In this document: one piece after another, positions 37,038 to 46,249 of the stretch
How the letters are laid out: every line of letters starts with the position of its first letter
Position numbering within the stretch: position 1 is the stretch's first letter
Virus record (IMG/VR): IMGVR_UViG_3300025598_000021
Origin: a virus
Direction: 5' to 3' (one strand)
DNA: 64,000 nucleotides
Translations under genes and position numbers: made by a program
The notes under the pieces: generated by a model
What the model was told of the DNA's origin: nothing
Databases searched by the model: none
Seen by the model: the letters and a program-made list of their open reading frames with translations, nothing else

Positions 37038-37546
37038 TTGTTCTTCTCCTTATTAAGATAGTCCGAGCACTGTTCTTCCATGTCGTCAAACTTTCCACAA
37101 TACGTCTTGATCCAGTCTGTCTTAATCATTTCTTGTGCTTCGTCTACAGTGATGATACCGTCACAGATCTCACGATGCAGTCTATTCTCTAGCTTATCTT
37201 TAACGTGGGCGTTCCACGGCTTGGTCTCATAAGACTGCGGCCATAGATTCTTAATATCGTTAGAACCGCCGAGTTCTAGCGAGATGAGATGATCAATCTC
37301 AAACTTCTCTCTAGTGCGATCTAGATGATACAAGTCGAAAGCCTGCTGCTTAGTTCTACTCGAAACGTTTCTTACAGATCCAGAATAGCCAGAAAGACAG
37401 ATGTTCTCTCTAGTTCCTCTTGGATCCGCAACTCCAGGAGTCATCACTGGATTAGGTAGAATAGGCGATACTACTATTGGATCGCCAAAAGCAGTACCAC
37501 ACGATAAGAAAGCAAATAAGACTGCGAATTTAAATCTATTAATCAT
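37034..37546 (-). CDS. Exported HNH-like nuclease
   Basis: Signal peptide; EIDHLISLELGGSN..NLWPQ..KDKLENRLH. Confidence 0.7.
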   Translation of the reverse strand: MINRFKFAVLFAFLSCGTAFGDPIVVSPILPNPVMTPGVADPRGTRENICLSGYSGSVRNVSSRTKQQAFDLYHLDRTREKFEIDHLISLELGGSNDIKNLWPQSYETKPWNAHVKDKLENRLHREICDGIITVDEAQEMIKTDWIKTYCGKFDDMEEQCSDYLNKEKNK

Positions 37547-37760
37547 TCTTTTTCTCTTCTATTAATTGTTTTATATCCACCACCATTTCATTCTCTATAA
37601 GGTTGATACAAATCGTTGTTATTTCAATATCTTTTCTTATAAAGAACATCTTTTGATTTAGGATCTCCAGCTGTTCTTTATAATATGCTAGCTCTTTTTC
37701 TTTTCTAGCCTTAGTCTCATAGATATCAGTGAGTAGGATTATCTTACTATTCCCTGTCAT
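37539..37760 (-). CDS. Hypothetical coiled-coil protein
   Basis: RKEKELAYYKEQLE. Confidence 0.6.
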   Translation of the reverse strand: MTGNSKIILLTDIYETKARKEKELAYYKEQLEILNQKMFFIRKDIEITTICINLIENEMVVDIKQLIEEKKND

Positions 37761-37938
37761 GTTCCTTTTTCATTTTCCTATAGACAGCAGCGCCATACGC
37801 CTCTTCATAGAAGTCTTCTAGGCAGCCTGGATCTTGTATCTTAACTTCTTTAGAAGAGGCGATCTTAATGTCGGACACAGCTGTTCTATACCCTTCTTCG
37901 TATCCAGCTTTATAGCCGTTGTTCCAGTCGTCGTTCAT
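37747..37938 (-). CDS. Hypothetical protein
   Basis: GYKAGYEEGY repeat. Confidence 0.5.
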   Translation of the reverse strand: MNDDWNNGYKAGYEEGYRTAVSDIKIASSKEVKIQDPGCLEDFYEEAYGAAVYRKMKKEHDRE

Positions 37939-39818
37939 ATCTCACAACTCCCAGCTGTGCACGCTAGCGTCTGCGCCCCTTCAACTTGATCAGTCAACTC
38001 GATTAGAGAGTCCCAGTCGACCGTTGTTGGGATATTTATAATAGCAGCTTCGTATTCTTCTTTAGTGATAGTCTCGTATGGAGCCTGTCTATAAGTGCCG
38101 CCGTCGTATGGAAGGAACGACACGCCAGACATCTCCTCAAAGTGATCGTATACCCAAGCGCCGACTCTTGGCCACTCTTCCTCTTTCACGTTGATGGTGA
38201 CGGAAGGCTTGTGCTCACACCAGTGACGCTGGTACTTCAACCAGAGCTCTAGATGCTTAATGGCGTCTACTTCTTCTCTTACTATTGAGCCTTCTGGTAG
38301 TTTCATTGGAAACGAAAAGACAGTAGTAGAGTGAGGCTTAGTAACATCAGGCTCATGAGGAACGCCAGCATCGATAAGATGTTTAGTAAGGGGATCTTTG
38401 TTGTCAGACCGTACGCGACGAATATAATAGCGGTCGTGACCTGGATGAATACCGGAAGGACTAAGAACAAGTTGGCTAACAGTTCCGGATGGTTTAACAC
38501 AGGTGATAGCAGTTGACTGATTGATTCCAAGTTTCTCACTCCATTCTTTATTCGCGTCGATAGCGACCTGCTTCAACTTCTCAAGACGAGCCGGTAGATC
38601 CGGATCTTCAGGATCGTTCATAAGAGGTGAGTCGTAGATGCCTGTAAACGACACGCCTAACAGTCTCTCTTCTTCAGTATTCTTCTGCCATATCTTGCGA
38701 AGATACGGAAAGTCGGTCATCGTCGATTGAAACGTTCCCAATACTGCCGCGACTCTAATCTTTCTTGCAAGAGTTCTTTCAGTGTCATCAGCTCTGATAA
38801 CGACTTCCGTGAGATTGCAGAATTGATAAGGTCTGAGGATAATCTCTGAACAGGGGTTAGTTCCGAATTCAAACGATGGATCTCTGCGGCCGTTCTTTTT
38901 AGCGACACGTTGCGATGCAGCACGGCTAAATATGCCTCTTTCTCCTGACTTGGACTCGTAGATTGATAGCCACTCTTGCATGAACTGTCCGACTTCGGGC
39001 TTCTCTGTGTAAACTGCTGAATTATTTGAAAGAGCTCTTTGAACATTTGCTTCCCACCATTGACCTGCTTTTGCATGACGCATTCTATCGTCAGAAAGAT
39101 TAGAGAGTGAAATCATGGCGGAACGACGCACGCCACCGACGACTACCACCTCGCCGATCTTACACATGATATCGTGACACTCTAGCGAAGTCAACTTGCG
39201 GCCATGAGCGTTCTTAAATATGCGAACGATAAACTTGAACAGCTCGTTAAGTGGTTCTGGACCAGAAGAGCGTCCGCCGAACGTCTTAAGAACGGACCCG
39301 GCAGGACGAAGTTTAGACACGTCCCACTTTGGGATCTCACCGGTATACAACAGTGCGATCAACATACGCAGCGCCTTTGCCCAACCCTCTTTAGAGTCTC
39401 TAACTGTGATTAGTGTGTCACAGTCGTATAGTTGTTCTGGAATTTCCGGTAATTTATTAACGTACTGACGCTCAACTGAGAAGCCAACACCGGTGCCGTT
39501 CATAAGAATACACATGGCCTCATCGAACGCTTTAGGGTCGTCAATAGGTAGGTATGAACAGTTGTAGCCGGCGACATTGTCGCGATCTAGAGCCTTACCC
39601 GCCGTCATAAGTGCGCGCATAGACGGCATCACTTCAAGATTAAAAATAGCGTTGAATACTTCTTTCTTTAGAGACGCGTCGTCGACACCTACCTTGTCGA
39701 ACATGTAGTCGACGTAGCGCTGGACTGTCTCTTGCCAATGTTCTCTACGATTTAATTCTGGAAGATATCTTGCGTATCTGGACTTGTGAATATATTGCTG
39801 GTAAACGTTCATTGACAT
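37935..39818 (-). CDS. nrdJ: Class II (B12-dependent) ribonucleotide reductase
   Basis: YNCSY, GTGVGFSVE, VVGGVRRSA, TNPCSEI, CVKPSGT, EHKPSVT, C-terminal CTAGSCEI; no beta subunit adjacent. Confidence 0.9.
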   Translation of the reverse strand: MSMNVYQQYIHKSRYARYLPELNRREHWQETVQRYVDYMFDKVGVDDASLKKEVFNAIFNLEVMPSMRALMTAGKALDRDNVAGYNCSYLPIDDPKAFDEAMCILMNGTGVGFSVERQYVNKLPEIPEQLYDCDTLITVRDSKEGWAKALRMLIALLYTGEIPKWDVSKLRPAGSVLKTFGGRSSGPEPLNELFKFIVRIFKNAHGRKLTSLECHDIMCKIGEVVVVGGVRRSAMISLSNLSDDRMRHAKAGQWWEANVQRALSNNSAVYTEKPEVGQFMQEWLSIYESKSGERGIFSRAASQRVAKKNGRRDPSFEFGTNPCSEIILRPYQFCNLTEVVIRADDTERTLARKIRVAAVLGTFQSTMTDFPYLRKIWQKNTEEERLLGVSFTGIYDSPLMNDPEDPDLPARLEKLKQVAIDANKEWSEKLGINQSTAITCVKPSGTVSQLVLSPSGIHPGHDRYYIRRVRSDNKDPLTKHLIDAGVPHEPDVTKPHSTTVFSFPMKLPEGSIVREEVDAIKHLELWLKYQRHWCEHKPSVTINVKEEEWPRVGAWVYDHFEEMSGVSFLPYDGGTYRQAPYETITKEEYEAAIINIPTTVDWDSLIELTDQVEGAQTLACTAGSCEI

Positions 39819-39850
39819 TCTTCTATCCTTCGTACTTAAATTCGTTGTAA

Positions 39851-40543
39851 TTATTTCTTCACATCTTTTAATGACGGAAATTCTTTAACTAATTGACTCC
39901 AAGCGCTACTAGCTACTTCGCGATGTTCTTTCTGAGTTCCTTCTGACATTCTTATATCGCAGTAGTGTATCCAAGATCTAAGCGTGCCATTCATATACAT
40001 TCTAGAAATAGTCAAACCTTCTGGTAATACCGCTCTTGCCTGTTCTTTTGCAATACCGTTTGCTATTGCCCACTTATAGCCAAGAATACATTCGTGAATC
40101 AACTGCTCTTGTTTTACCTTCCAGTCTCTATGTAACTCTTTATCTCCAGTTTCAATAGAATTTTGTCTATTCTTTGTATCTTGCAGACGCGCTTCTCTAA
40201 TACCAAAACCTAAATCTGAAGTTGGATCGGCGTAGCGCTGACTGAATTCTTGAAATGTAAATGAGCGATGTCTGAGAATCTGGCGAGCGATGTCGCGTGT
40301 GGTATTTATCTCCATGACTATATTGACCATCTCAAATGGAGACCAGTGCTTATTTTTAACAAGATACTTTAGTAGCTTATCAGCAGTGAGATGGTTGTTC
40401 TGGTTAGACGGGTTAGACACCCTAGCGACGTATGCGACGAACTCATCGACCGTCAGGGCTCTCTGTCTATTGTAGAACCATTTAGAATACTCTGTCTCAT
40501 ATAACTTAGGCTGTGTAACAGCGACGATCTTAGCGTCATTCAT
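39851..40543 (-). CDS. thyX: Flavin-dependent thymidylate synthase
   Basis: HWSPFE, RQILRHRSFTFQEFSQRY, TQKEHR. Confidence 0.95.
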   Translation of the reverse strand: MNDAKIVAVTQPKLYETEYSKWFYNRQRALTVDEFVAYVARVSNPSNQNNHLTADKLLKYLVKNKHWSPFEMVNIVMEINTTRDIARQILRHRSFTFQEFSQRYADPTSDLGFGIREARLQDTKNRQNSIETGDKELHRDWKVKQEQLIHECILGYKWAIANGIAKEQARAVLPEGLTISRMYMNGTLRSWIHYCDIRMSEGTQKEHREVASSAWSQLVKEFPSLKDVKK

Positions 40544-40554
40544 GCGATGTTCCT

Positions 40555-41337
40555 TTATAATTTAAATATGTCTAGCTCGGCCGTATCTTTATCTATAAGG
40601 AAAGAGACCATAGAGTATCTCACAGTATGCTCAGGCCACTCGTCTGGATAGAAGTTCGGCGCGTGAAAGTTTCTACCACAGTACACCACTGCGCTGTTGT
40701 ACTCACTCGGCAGAGCCCCGTATCGCTCCCAGTGTTCGCTGTCTCTTATGCCGGTCCACGGCACGTCGGTAAACTGGTCGTACTTTAGCAGCTTGTGAAG
40801 CAGCGTGTAGTCGTCTTCAGGAATGCTAGCCGAGTCAAAGTACTCTCTGTCTTCTACCTTAAATTTATACAGTCCTGTACCGCAGTCCGGCATGTCTTTA
40901 GTCAACCATAGATTGGCCACGTAGTGCAGCGGGTCGTAGTGCGGCATGTCCTTGGCTAGCATTCCCTTATAGAATATGTTCGTGCTGTTTATCCACTCAT
41001 AGGACTTAATGACCGAGGTGTCTCCGGTCATCACTCGATAGGCTCTAGTCCACAGCGCAGTCAGAAGACTAAAGTCAAAGAAGTTTAAATTCTGTCTAAA
41101 CCCTGGATTCATGAAGCGAACTGAGCCGCCGTACGCGGGATATCGCTTGAGGATGTTGATGAACATCTCTGGATTCTGAAGTACGTTCTTGATGACGCAG
41201 TACTTCATCCTACTGACTGGATGCTCCATATATGAGAAGTGTATGTTAGGACTTATCTTAAACGCCTCCACCATGCTCATCCTGTCGATGGCTGCGGAGA
41301 AACCGTTTAGATTAAGTAGGTCTAACTCATTCATCAA
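40555..41337 (-). CDS. 2OG-Fe(II) oxygenase-like (DUF6445-like)
   Basis: PHYD..NLWLT..GTGLY..YNSAVVY.G..FH..R. Confidence 0.65.
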   Translation of the reverse strand: MMNELDLLNLNGFSAAIDRMSMVEAFKISPNIHFSYMEHPVSRMKYCVIKNVLQNPEMFINILKRYPAYGGSVRFMNPGFRQNLNFFDFSLLTALWTRAYRVMTGDTSVIKSYEWINSTNIFYKGMLAKDMPHYDPLHYVANLWLTKDMPDCGTGLYKFKVEDREYFDSASIPEDDYTLLHKLLKYDQFTDVPWTGIRDSEHWERYGALPSEYNSAVVYCGRNFHAPNFYPDEWPEHTVRYSMVSFLIDKDTAELDIFKL

Positions 41338-41581
41338 TTATCTCATAGGTCTGATCGAATATCGCAGGAGCGCACGGATAGAACTCGCCGGCTACACCCT
41401 TGATTATGTAGTCGTGGAGTCGCGCGGTCATGACTCCCTCTAGCGTCATAATCTGTATATATGGCTCAAAGTTATCGTCGCGCTTGATGAGCAGACCCTT
41501 ACACCACTTTGCTACAAAATCATAGTTCTCTATAGTGAGTCTATGAGCCTCGATCTCTACCGGTTTCTTTCGCGCCCTCAT
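41327..41581 (-). CDS. Conserved small phage protein
   Basis: RKKPVEIEA..TLEG..DYIIKGV.GEFYPC..IFDQTY. Confidence 0.7.
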   Translation of the reverse strand: MRARKKPVEIEAHRLTIENYDFVAKWCKGLLIKRDDNFEPYIQIMTLEGVMTARLHDYIIKGVAGEFYPCAPAIFDQTYEIIDE

Positions 41582-42603
41582 GCCTTACTCCACTTCTGCA
41601 GCGCCAACTTGGCTGCCAAATCGCTGTACGTGTTCTGTTTAATTATATGACCGATAAAGTCGGTGCTTAGACCGGCTAGAACCATGTCGTTGACGTCTTT
41701 GTGCTCCATGTTATCCGGCCATATGACCACCTTATACCCGTTCATGATCGCCTTGTCTATCTTCTTAAACGTCTCTCTAGATCTAGGCTCGTTGTCATAA
41801 ACTATCACCAGCTGAGATCGATCAAACCCGCGAACTGCAGATATAAGATCGCCACCTGCAGTTGCAATACTATTGTCAACAAACATAGAGTCGATCGGAC
41901 CTTCCAAGACAGGAATGAGTCTTGCACGATCAACATTGTCGAGACCGAAGACTTTAGGTACGTCATCGCGCAGTACAATTGTAATGTACTTAACGTGTGA
42001 GTTCTTTTTAAGAGATCTTCCTTGGAAGGCATGCACGGTCTTATTAACGTCCAGAAAAGGTATAAGAAGACGCGTCTCATCGTGAGCCAGAGACTCAGCT
42101 GAAAACTTGTCGGGAAGAAGAGTATTGACATAGTGCATAAAATTAGGACAGCAGAAAAGTCTTGCATGGTAGGCATTAGGTATCTTTCTAGATTCAACAA
42201 ACTTTTTCATCGGATGATCAGCGGAAAGCTGAGACACCTTCTTTAAACCCTTCAAAGGACCCGATGACATGAACACCGGTTTCTTCATCTTTTCTACAAA
42301 CTTCTCGTACTCGTCCTGCTCTTTAGTCTTAGTGCCGGCCAGTCGCTCGAGTCTAAAGTCGTTGTACAGGACCTGATCTACCGCCTTGATGAAATTCGGC
42401 ACAGACAGGGTTATAGAGCAGTTGTGGCAGTAGTATACGGACTTTCCCTGTTTCTCGATTATGAAACCACGAGCCTTACTGCTTACCCTCTTTGAGTCTC
42501 CGCAGATAGGACATGAAAAGTTATACATACTTCCGGACTTCCTCTTGAAGTTCCGTAAGCGACTGCTCAACAACCCTATGTACTTATGTTCTAACCAATC
42601 CAT
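41578..42603 (-). CDS. gp61: DNA primase gp61
   Basis: CPICGDS..CHNC zinc finger, EGPIDS, YDNEPR, KDVNDM. Confidence 0.95.
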   Translation of the reverse strand: MDWLEHKYIGLLSSRLRNFKRKSGSMYNFSCPICGDSKRVSSKARGFIIEKQGKSVYYCHNCSITLSVPNFIKAVDQVLYNDFRLERLAGTKTKEQDEYEKFVEKMKKPVFMSSGPLKGLKKVSQLSADHPMKKFVESRKIPNAYHARLFCCPNFMHYVNTLLPDKFSAESLAHDETRLLIPFLDVNKTVHAFQGRSLKKNSHVKYITIVLRDDVPKVFGLDNVDRARLIPVLEGPIDSMFVDNSIATAGGDLISAVRGFDRSQLVIVYDNEPRSRETFKKIDKAIMNGYKVVIWPDNMEHKDVNDMVLAGLSTDFIGHIIKQNTYSDLAAKLALQKWSKA

Positions 42604-42634
42604 AATATATCCTAGTATTAATGTGTCATAGACT

Positions 42635-42663
42635 ATTATACTAGGATTTTATAAATCTGTAAA
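42635..42663 (-). promoter_or_regulatory. Sigma70-type promoter of primase
   Basis: TTTACA-17 nt-TATAAT. Confidence 0.6.
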
Positions 42664-42669
42664 CAAAAA

Positions 42670-43044
42670 TTAATGTAAGTTGAGGATTCTTAGTATGCTA
42701 GGACCATAAGCCATTATAAACGCAACGACTGCCAGACCACCACCGTACTTCCACATGATCTTTTCCATGTCGGCTATCTTCTCAGATAGGCGCTCGGTCT
42801 GCTCTACGTTCTGCTGCTTTATGGTCTCTAATTTGTCGTTGATTGTTTCGAAGCGAAGTTCTAACTCTTCCCTTCTTCTCTCAGCTGATATCTCTACGTT
42901 ATTCAGCTGCTTTTCTTGGTGATTGAGCCTCTGGTCGTGGACTGCAATCATCTTGCTGAGATCTGAAGATATGCTCGTGAGTCGATCTACGACTTCCTCG
43001 AGTCTATCCTGTCTTCTCTCGTAAGTAGAATAATTCTCTGGCAT
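42670..43044 (-). CDS. Coiled-coil protein with C-terminal TM anchor
   Basis: Heptad pattern then WKYGGGLAVVAFIMAY. Confidence 0.6.
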   Translation of the reverse strand: MPENYSTYERRQDRLEEVVDRLTSISSDLSKMIAVHDQRLNHQEKQLNNVEISAERRREELELRFETINDKLETIKQQNVEQTERLSEKIADMEKIMWKYGGGLAVVAFIMAYGPSILRILNLH

Positions 43045-43050
43045 TAGTGA

Positions 43051-43581
43051 CTACCTCTTGTCTGATTTTCTGTCGTTCTTATAGTCACTACCTATAATGT
43101 CTCTCAGACCCTTTACTTTATTTATAATAGGCTTTCTCTTTAACATTGGTTTTAATAGTGGATCAAATCCTTGTATAGGACCGGAACTAGACGCGCCCAT
43201 ACCTCCAGCACCGACAGCGTTGGCCGCCATGCCGTCTTCCATCATATTCGCCTTAACGGCTTTATCTTTAAAAACATGTGGATATTTAATATCAAACTTT
43301 CTCATCAGTCTTCCTGCCATTTCATTGGCATTATCTTCTTTCCATTTATCGCTTCCAGATTTTTGACCACAGTGGATTAGCTCGTGGGCGATGGTTCTCA
43401 TGATATCTATTGGATGTCTATCGGTCACTCTAACGTATATATCTTTCTTATTAGTGTGGCCAAACGCATCCATCTTGTTCTCAGAACTACCTACAAAATG
43501 AATCTTAGGAAGCGCTTTGATGCCGAGCTCTTTAGCTGCAAACTTTATGAATAGATTTAAATGATCCATATTTGCCGGCAT
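43051..43581 (-). CDS. Zincin-like (HExxH) hypothetical protein
   Basis: RTIAHELIH..EDNAN..AG. Confidence 0.6.
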   Translation of the reverse strand: MPANMDHLNLFIKFAAKELGIKALPKIHFVGSSENKMDAFGHTNKKDIYVRVTDRHPIDIMRTIAHELIHCGQKSGSDKWKEDNANEMAGRLMRKFDIKYPHVFKDKAVKANMMEDGMAANAVGAGGMGASSSGPIQGFDPLLKPMLKRKPIINKVKGLRDIIGSDYKNDRKSDKR

Positions 43582-43973
43582 CAGACTTTCCTTAGTTTGT
43601 CTATTATTACAGAATCCATTTCTATGGCGTCAGTGACAACGACTTCTTCTTCGCCGACGTCGTATATCTTTTCTGCCATTATATTTAATAAGACTAAAAA
43701 TGGTTTTATATACTTCATCTGCTTGCTGAGCTTTAGGTATAAAATCTTATTTAGTACTTCAGGCCCAAAACAATTATTGAGAACGATGATATGATTCAGG
43801 ATCAAGCGCTCCTTCAGATCATCGTTCTCAATATATCTAGTTATCAATTTTTTAATATATTTTACTCTGTTTAGATCTTCAACAAACTCTTCAGTGGTAT
43901 AGTATCTCTTACCATTATAGTGTTGAGCACAGAATACAAGATAGTTATCATTAGTCAACTTTTCATTGTTCAT
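43581..43973 (-). CDS. Conserved T4-like hypothetical protein
   Basis: EEFVEDLNRVKYIKKL..LKERLILNHIIVL.N.FG. Confidence 0.7.
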   Translation of the reverse strand: MNNEKLTNDNYLVFCAQHYNGKRYYTTEEFVEDLNRVKYIKKLITRYIENDDLKERLILNHIIVLNNCFGPEVLNKILYLKLSKQMKYIKPFLVLLNIMAEKIYDVGEEEVVVTDAIEMDSVIIDKLRKV

Positions 43974-43992
43974 TATATTTTCTTATTTGTTA

Positions 43993-45243
43993 TTAAATAC
44001 CAATAGCCATCCAGTTCACAGCGGTGTTTGTCGTACTATTAGCCACAAGAGTAATGGCAGTAGAGTTAGCGGTCGTGACTGCAATCGAAGAAGCTGTCGT
44101 GTTCGTCGTAGCAGTTACAGAAAACACGTTAGTCGTAAATGCCGCGCCGGTAGCAGTTGCAAACGTCGTAACGTTAGCCGTTGAGTTAACGGCTGCTATG
44201 GTTCCCCACTGTAGCATTAGACCGTTTGGAAGTCTTGAGTAACCGTTAGCGAGAGCTGCAGTATGACCCGCTACGTTCGCCGTACCAAGATTGAACGTGT
44301 TTGTGGTAATAGTGGCGTTAGCCGCGCTGATCGTGCCGATACCTAAAGACGTACACGCGCTGGAGTTACCAACTACTATCGTTCCTGAACTTCCAGCTGC
44401 GACGTTCACGGTGAATGAAGTCGCTGTCATTGTCGAGTTGCCAGTAGGTGAAACTATAGATTCTGCTGTATTATTACCAACTCCGTAGTATGTTGAGTTG
44501 CCAGAGTAGAAGTGACTTGAGTTTGAGAACGAATTAACTGTCGTATTACCAATTGTTATCACAGAAGAGTTAACAGTGACACCACCCGTGGCAGAACCGC
44601 CGCCGGCACCTGTCTGGATATTAGTATTAACGGATAACGCAGTAGCGTTTAACTGCATCATCTGAGTGACACCGACACCACCGGTGTAGAACGTCATAGT
44701 ATCACCTGAACCAGCGCTAACACGACCGTTGTTGGTGACATAGTCGACTACGATACCGTCTGTATATGTGCCGTTGAACTGACCAACTGAGTATACGCCG
44801 TTCGTGGTCTGAACTAGACCATTAGTGATGAACGTGTTAGTAGTAGTGTTACCAAAATACGCGCTGTTAGCGAGTAGGTTAGCAGAGTGTGTATACACAC
44901 CGGTGATAGTATAGTTACCGGTAGTAGAAACTACGTTGGCAGCAGGAGTAGAGCCAACGTAGTTAGTGTTGTTAGAGGTGAGCGTTAACACGTTTGCAGT
45001 TATAGTAGTCAGCGATATGTAATTCGCTAGATTAGCTGCTAACTGCGTGTTATTAGGATAAGTCGCGTTAATATCTTGATTTATTACCATCAAAGCGGCA
45101 TTAACGAAACTATTGACAGTAATAGTACAAACAGAGGCGTTGACAGTAGTACACGCCGCGTTGTATAATACCATTATTCGATCTGTATTCGCAACAGTCG
45201 TCGTAACTGGTAGTTGTGATACTTTAAGACTATTATCTGTCAT
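43993..45243 (-). CDS. Tail-fibre-like virion protein
   Basis: KVSQLP N-terminus, N/T/S-rich beta repeats, NGYSRLPNGLMLQWG C-terminal domain. Confidence 0.7.
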   Translation of the reverse strand: MTDNSLKVSQLPVTTTVANTDRIMVLYNAACTTVNASVCTITVNSFVNAALMVINQDINATYPNNTQLAANLANYISLTTITANVLTLTSNNTNYVGSTPAANVVSTTGNYTITGVYTHSANLLANSAYFGNTTTNTFITNGLVQTTNGVYSVGQFNGTYTDGIVVDYVTNNGRVSAGSGDTMTFYTGGVGVTQMMQLNATALSVNTNIQTGAGGGSATGGVTVNSSVITIGNTTVNSFSNSSHFYSGNSTYYGVGNNTAESIVSPTGNSTMTATSFTVNVAAGSSGTIVVGNSSACTSLGIGTISAANATITTNTFNLGTANVAGHTAALANGYSRLPNGLMLQWGTIAAVNSTANVTTFATATGAAFTTNVFSVTATTNTTASSIAVTTANSTAITLVANSTTNTAVNWMAIGI

Positions 45244-45254
45244 TTATATACGCC

Positions 45255-46001
45255 TTATACGCCTGGGAATAGTGTATTATCAGAAGTAGCATCTGCTACA
45301 GTAGCTGGAGTACCATAAGCGGCAGTCTGAGCACCGAGCGAACCGAATGCAACTAGTGTTTCATGGTGAACGCGACCTGCGCGACCACCTGCAGTAACAG
45401 TAAAGTAAGTAGTCACAGTATTACCAGCAGCAGTACCGCCGGTAGCATTTGTTACGAACAGGTTTGTTGTTGGAATCGTTGCTAAGTTGAATCCAAAGCC
45501 AGGAGTCGTTAGAGTCAAAGAAACGTTACCGCCAGTAGCGTTTGTTGAGATGCTGAACTGCGCATTACCACCTGCGACTGGTGATTTTGCGACTAGAACG
45601 TCGTTGTTGTTATAACCAGTTCCTGTGTTTGTATAAACGCCAGAAACAATTGGACCTGTACCAGCGCGGCGTAGGTTCCAACCGCAGTGGGCTCCGTGCT
45701 CGACTGAGTTATTTAAGTTGTTGTTTGCCTGCTCTGTAGCTGATACACCAAATACGCCAACAGCCACGCCAGGAATAAATGCGCTTGGTGTTGTGTTGTT
45801 GAACATAGCGACGTCTACGTTTGCTCTAGAACCGGCTGACGTGTTACCAAAATGCGCATTAGCTCCATTAACACGAACAGAGGCGACTTCGCCGCCGCCT
45901 TTAATCAAAGCCCAAGTTCCAATTGGTGCTCCGTTTGATGATTCAGTCGTAGTAGTGCTATTAGCAGTTACTGACTGATCGTTTCTACCCCATTGTGCCA
46001 T
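45255..46001 (-). CDS. Virion structural protein
   Basis: MAQWG..FGVSATE..HCGW..GRAGRVHHETLVA pattern of T4-like virion proteins. Confidence 0.65.
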   Translation of the reverse strand: MAQWGRNDQSVTANSTTTTESSNGAPIGTWALIKGGGEVASVRVNGANAHFGNTSAGSRANVDVAMFNNTTPSAFIPGVAVGVFGVSATEQANNNLNNSVEHGAHCGWNLRRAGTGPIVSGVYTNTGTGYNNNDVLVAKSPVAGGNAQFSISTNATGGNVSLTLTTPGFGFNLATIPTTNLFVTNATGGTAAGNTVTTYFTVTAGGRAGRVHHETLVAFGSLGAQTAAYGTPATVADATSDNTLFPGV

Positions 46002-46036
46002 AATTGTTTTCTCCTTTGAAGTCTTTTTATTCTTAT

Positions 46037-46249
46037 TTATTCATTATCCAAAGTCAGCATGTCGAGTATGTACTGCGACTGCCTAGAAATCTTCTTCTCT
46101 TTGCCATCAACGATCAATATGCCTTCACTGACCTTATCTAATTTCGTCTTTGGCACTTGAGAGACCTGTTCAAGTGGTATCAATGGTGGTAGTTCTGGCT
46201 CTACAGACTTATTACCACTCGATATAACAGTATTAGCAATTATAGGCAT
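46037..46249 (-). CDS. Hypothetical protein
   Basis: Overlapping operon ORF. Confidence 0.55.
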   Translation of the reverse strand: MPIIANTVISSGNKSVEPELPPLIPLEQVSQVPKTKLDKVSEGILIVDGKEKKISRQSQYILDMLTLDNE

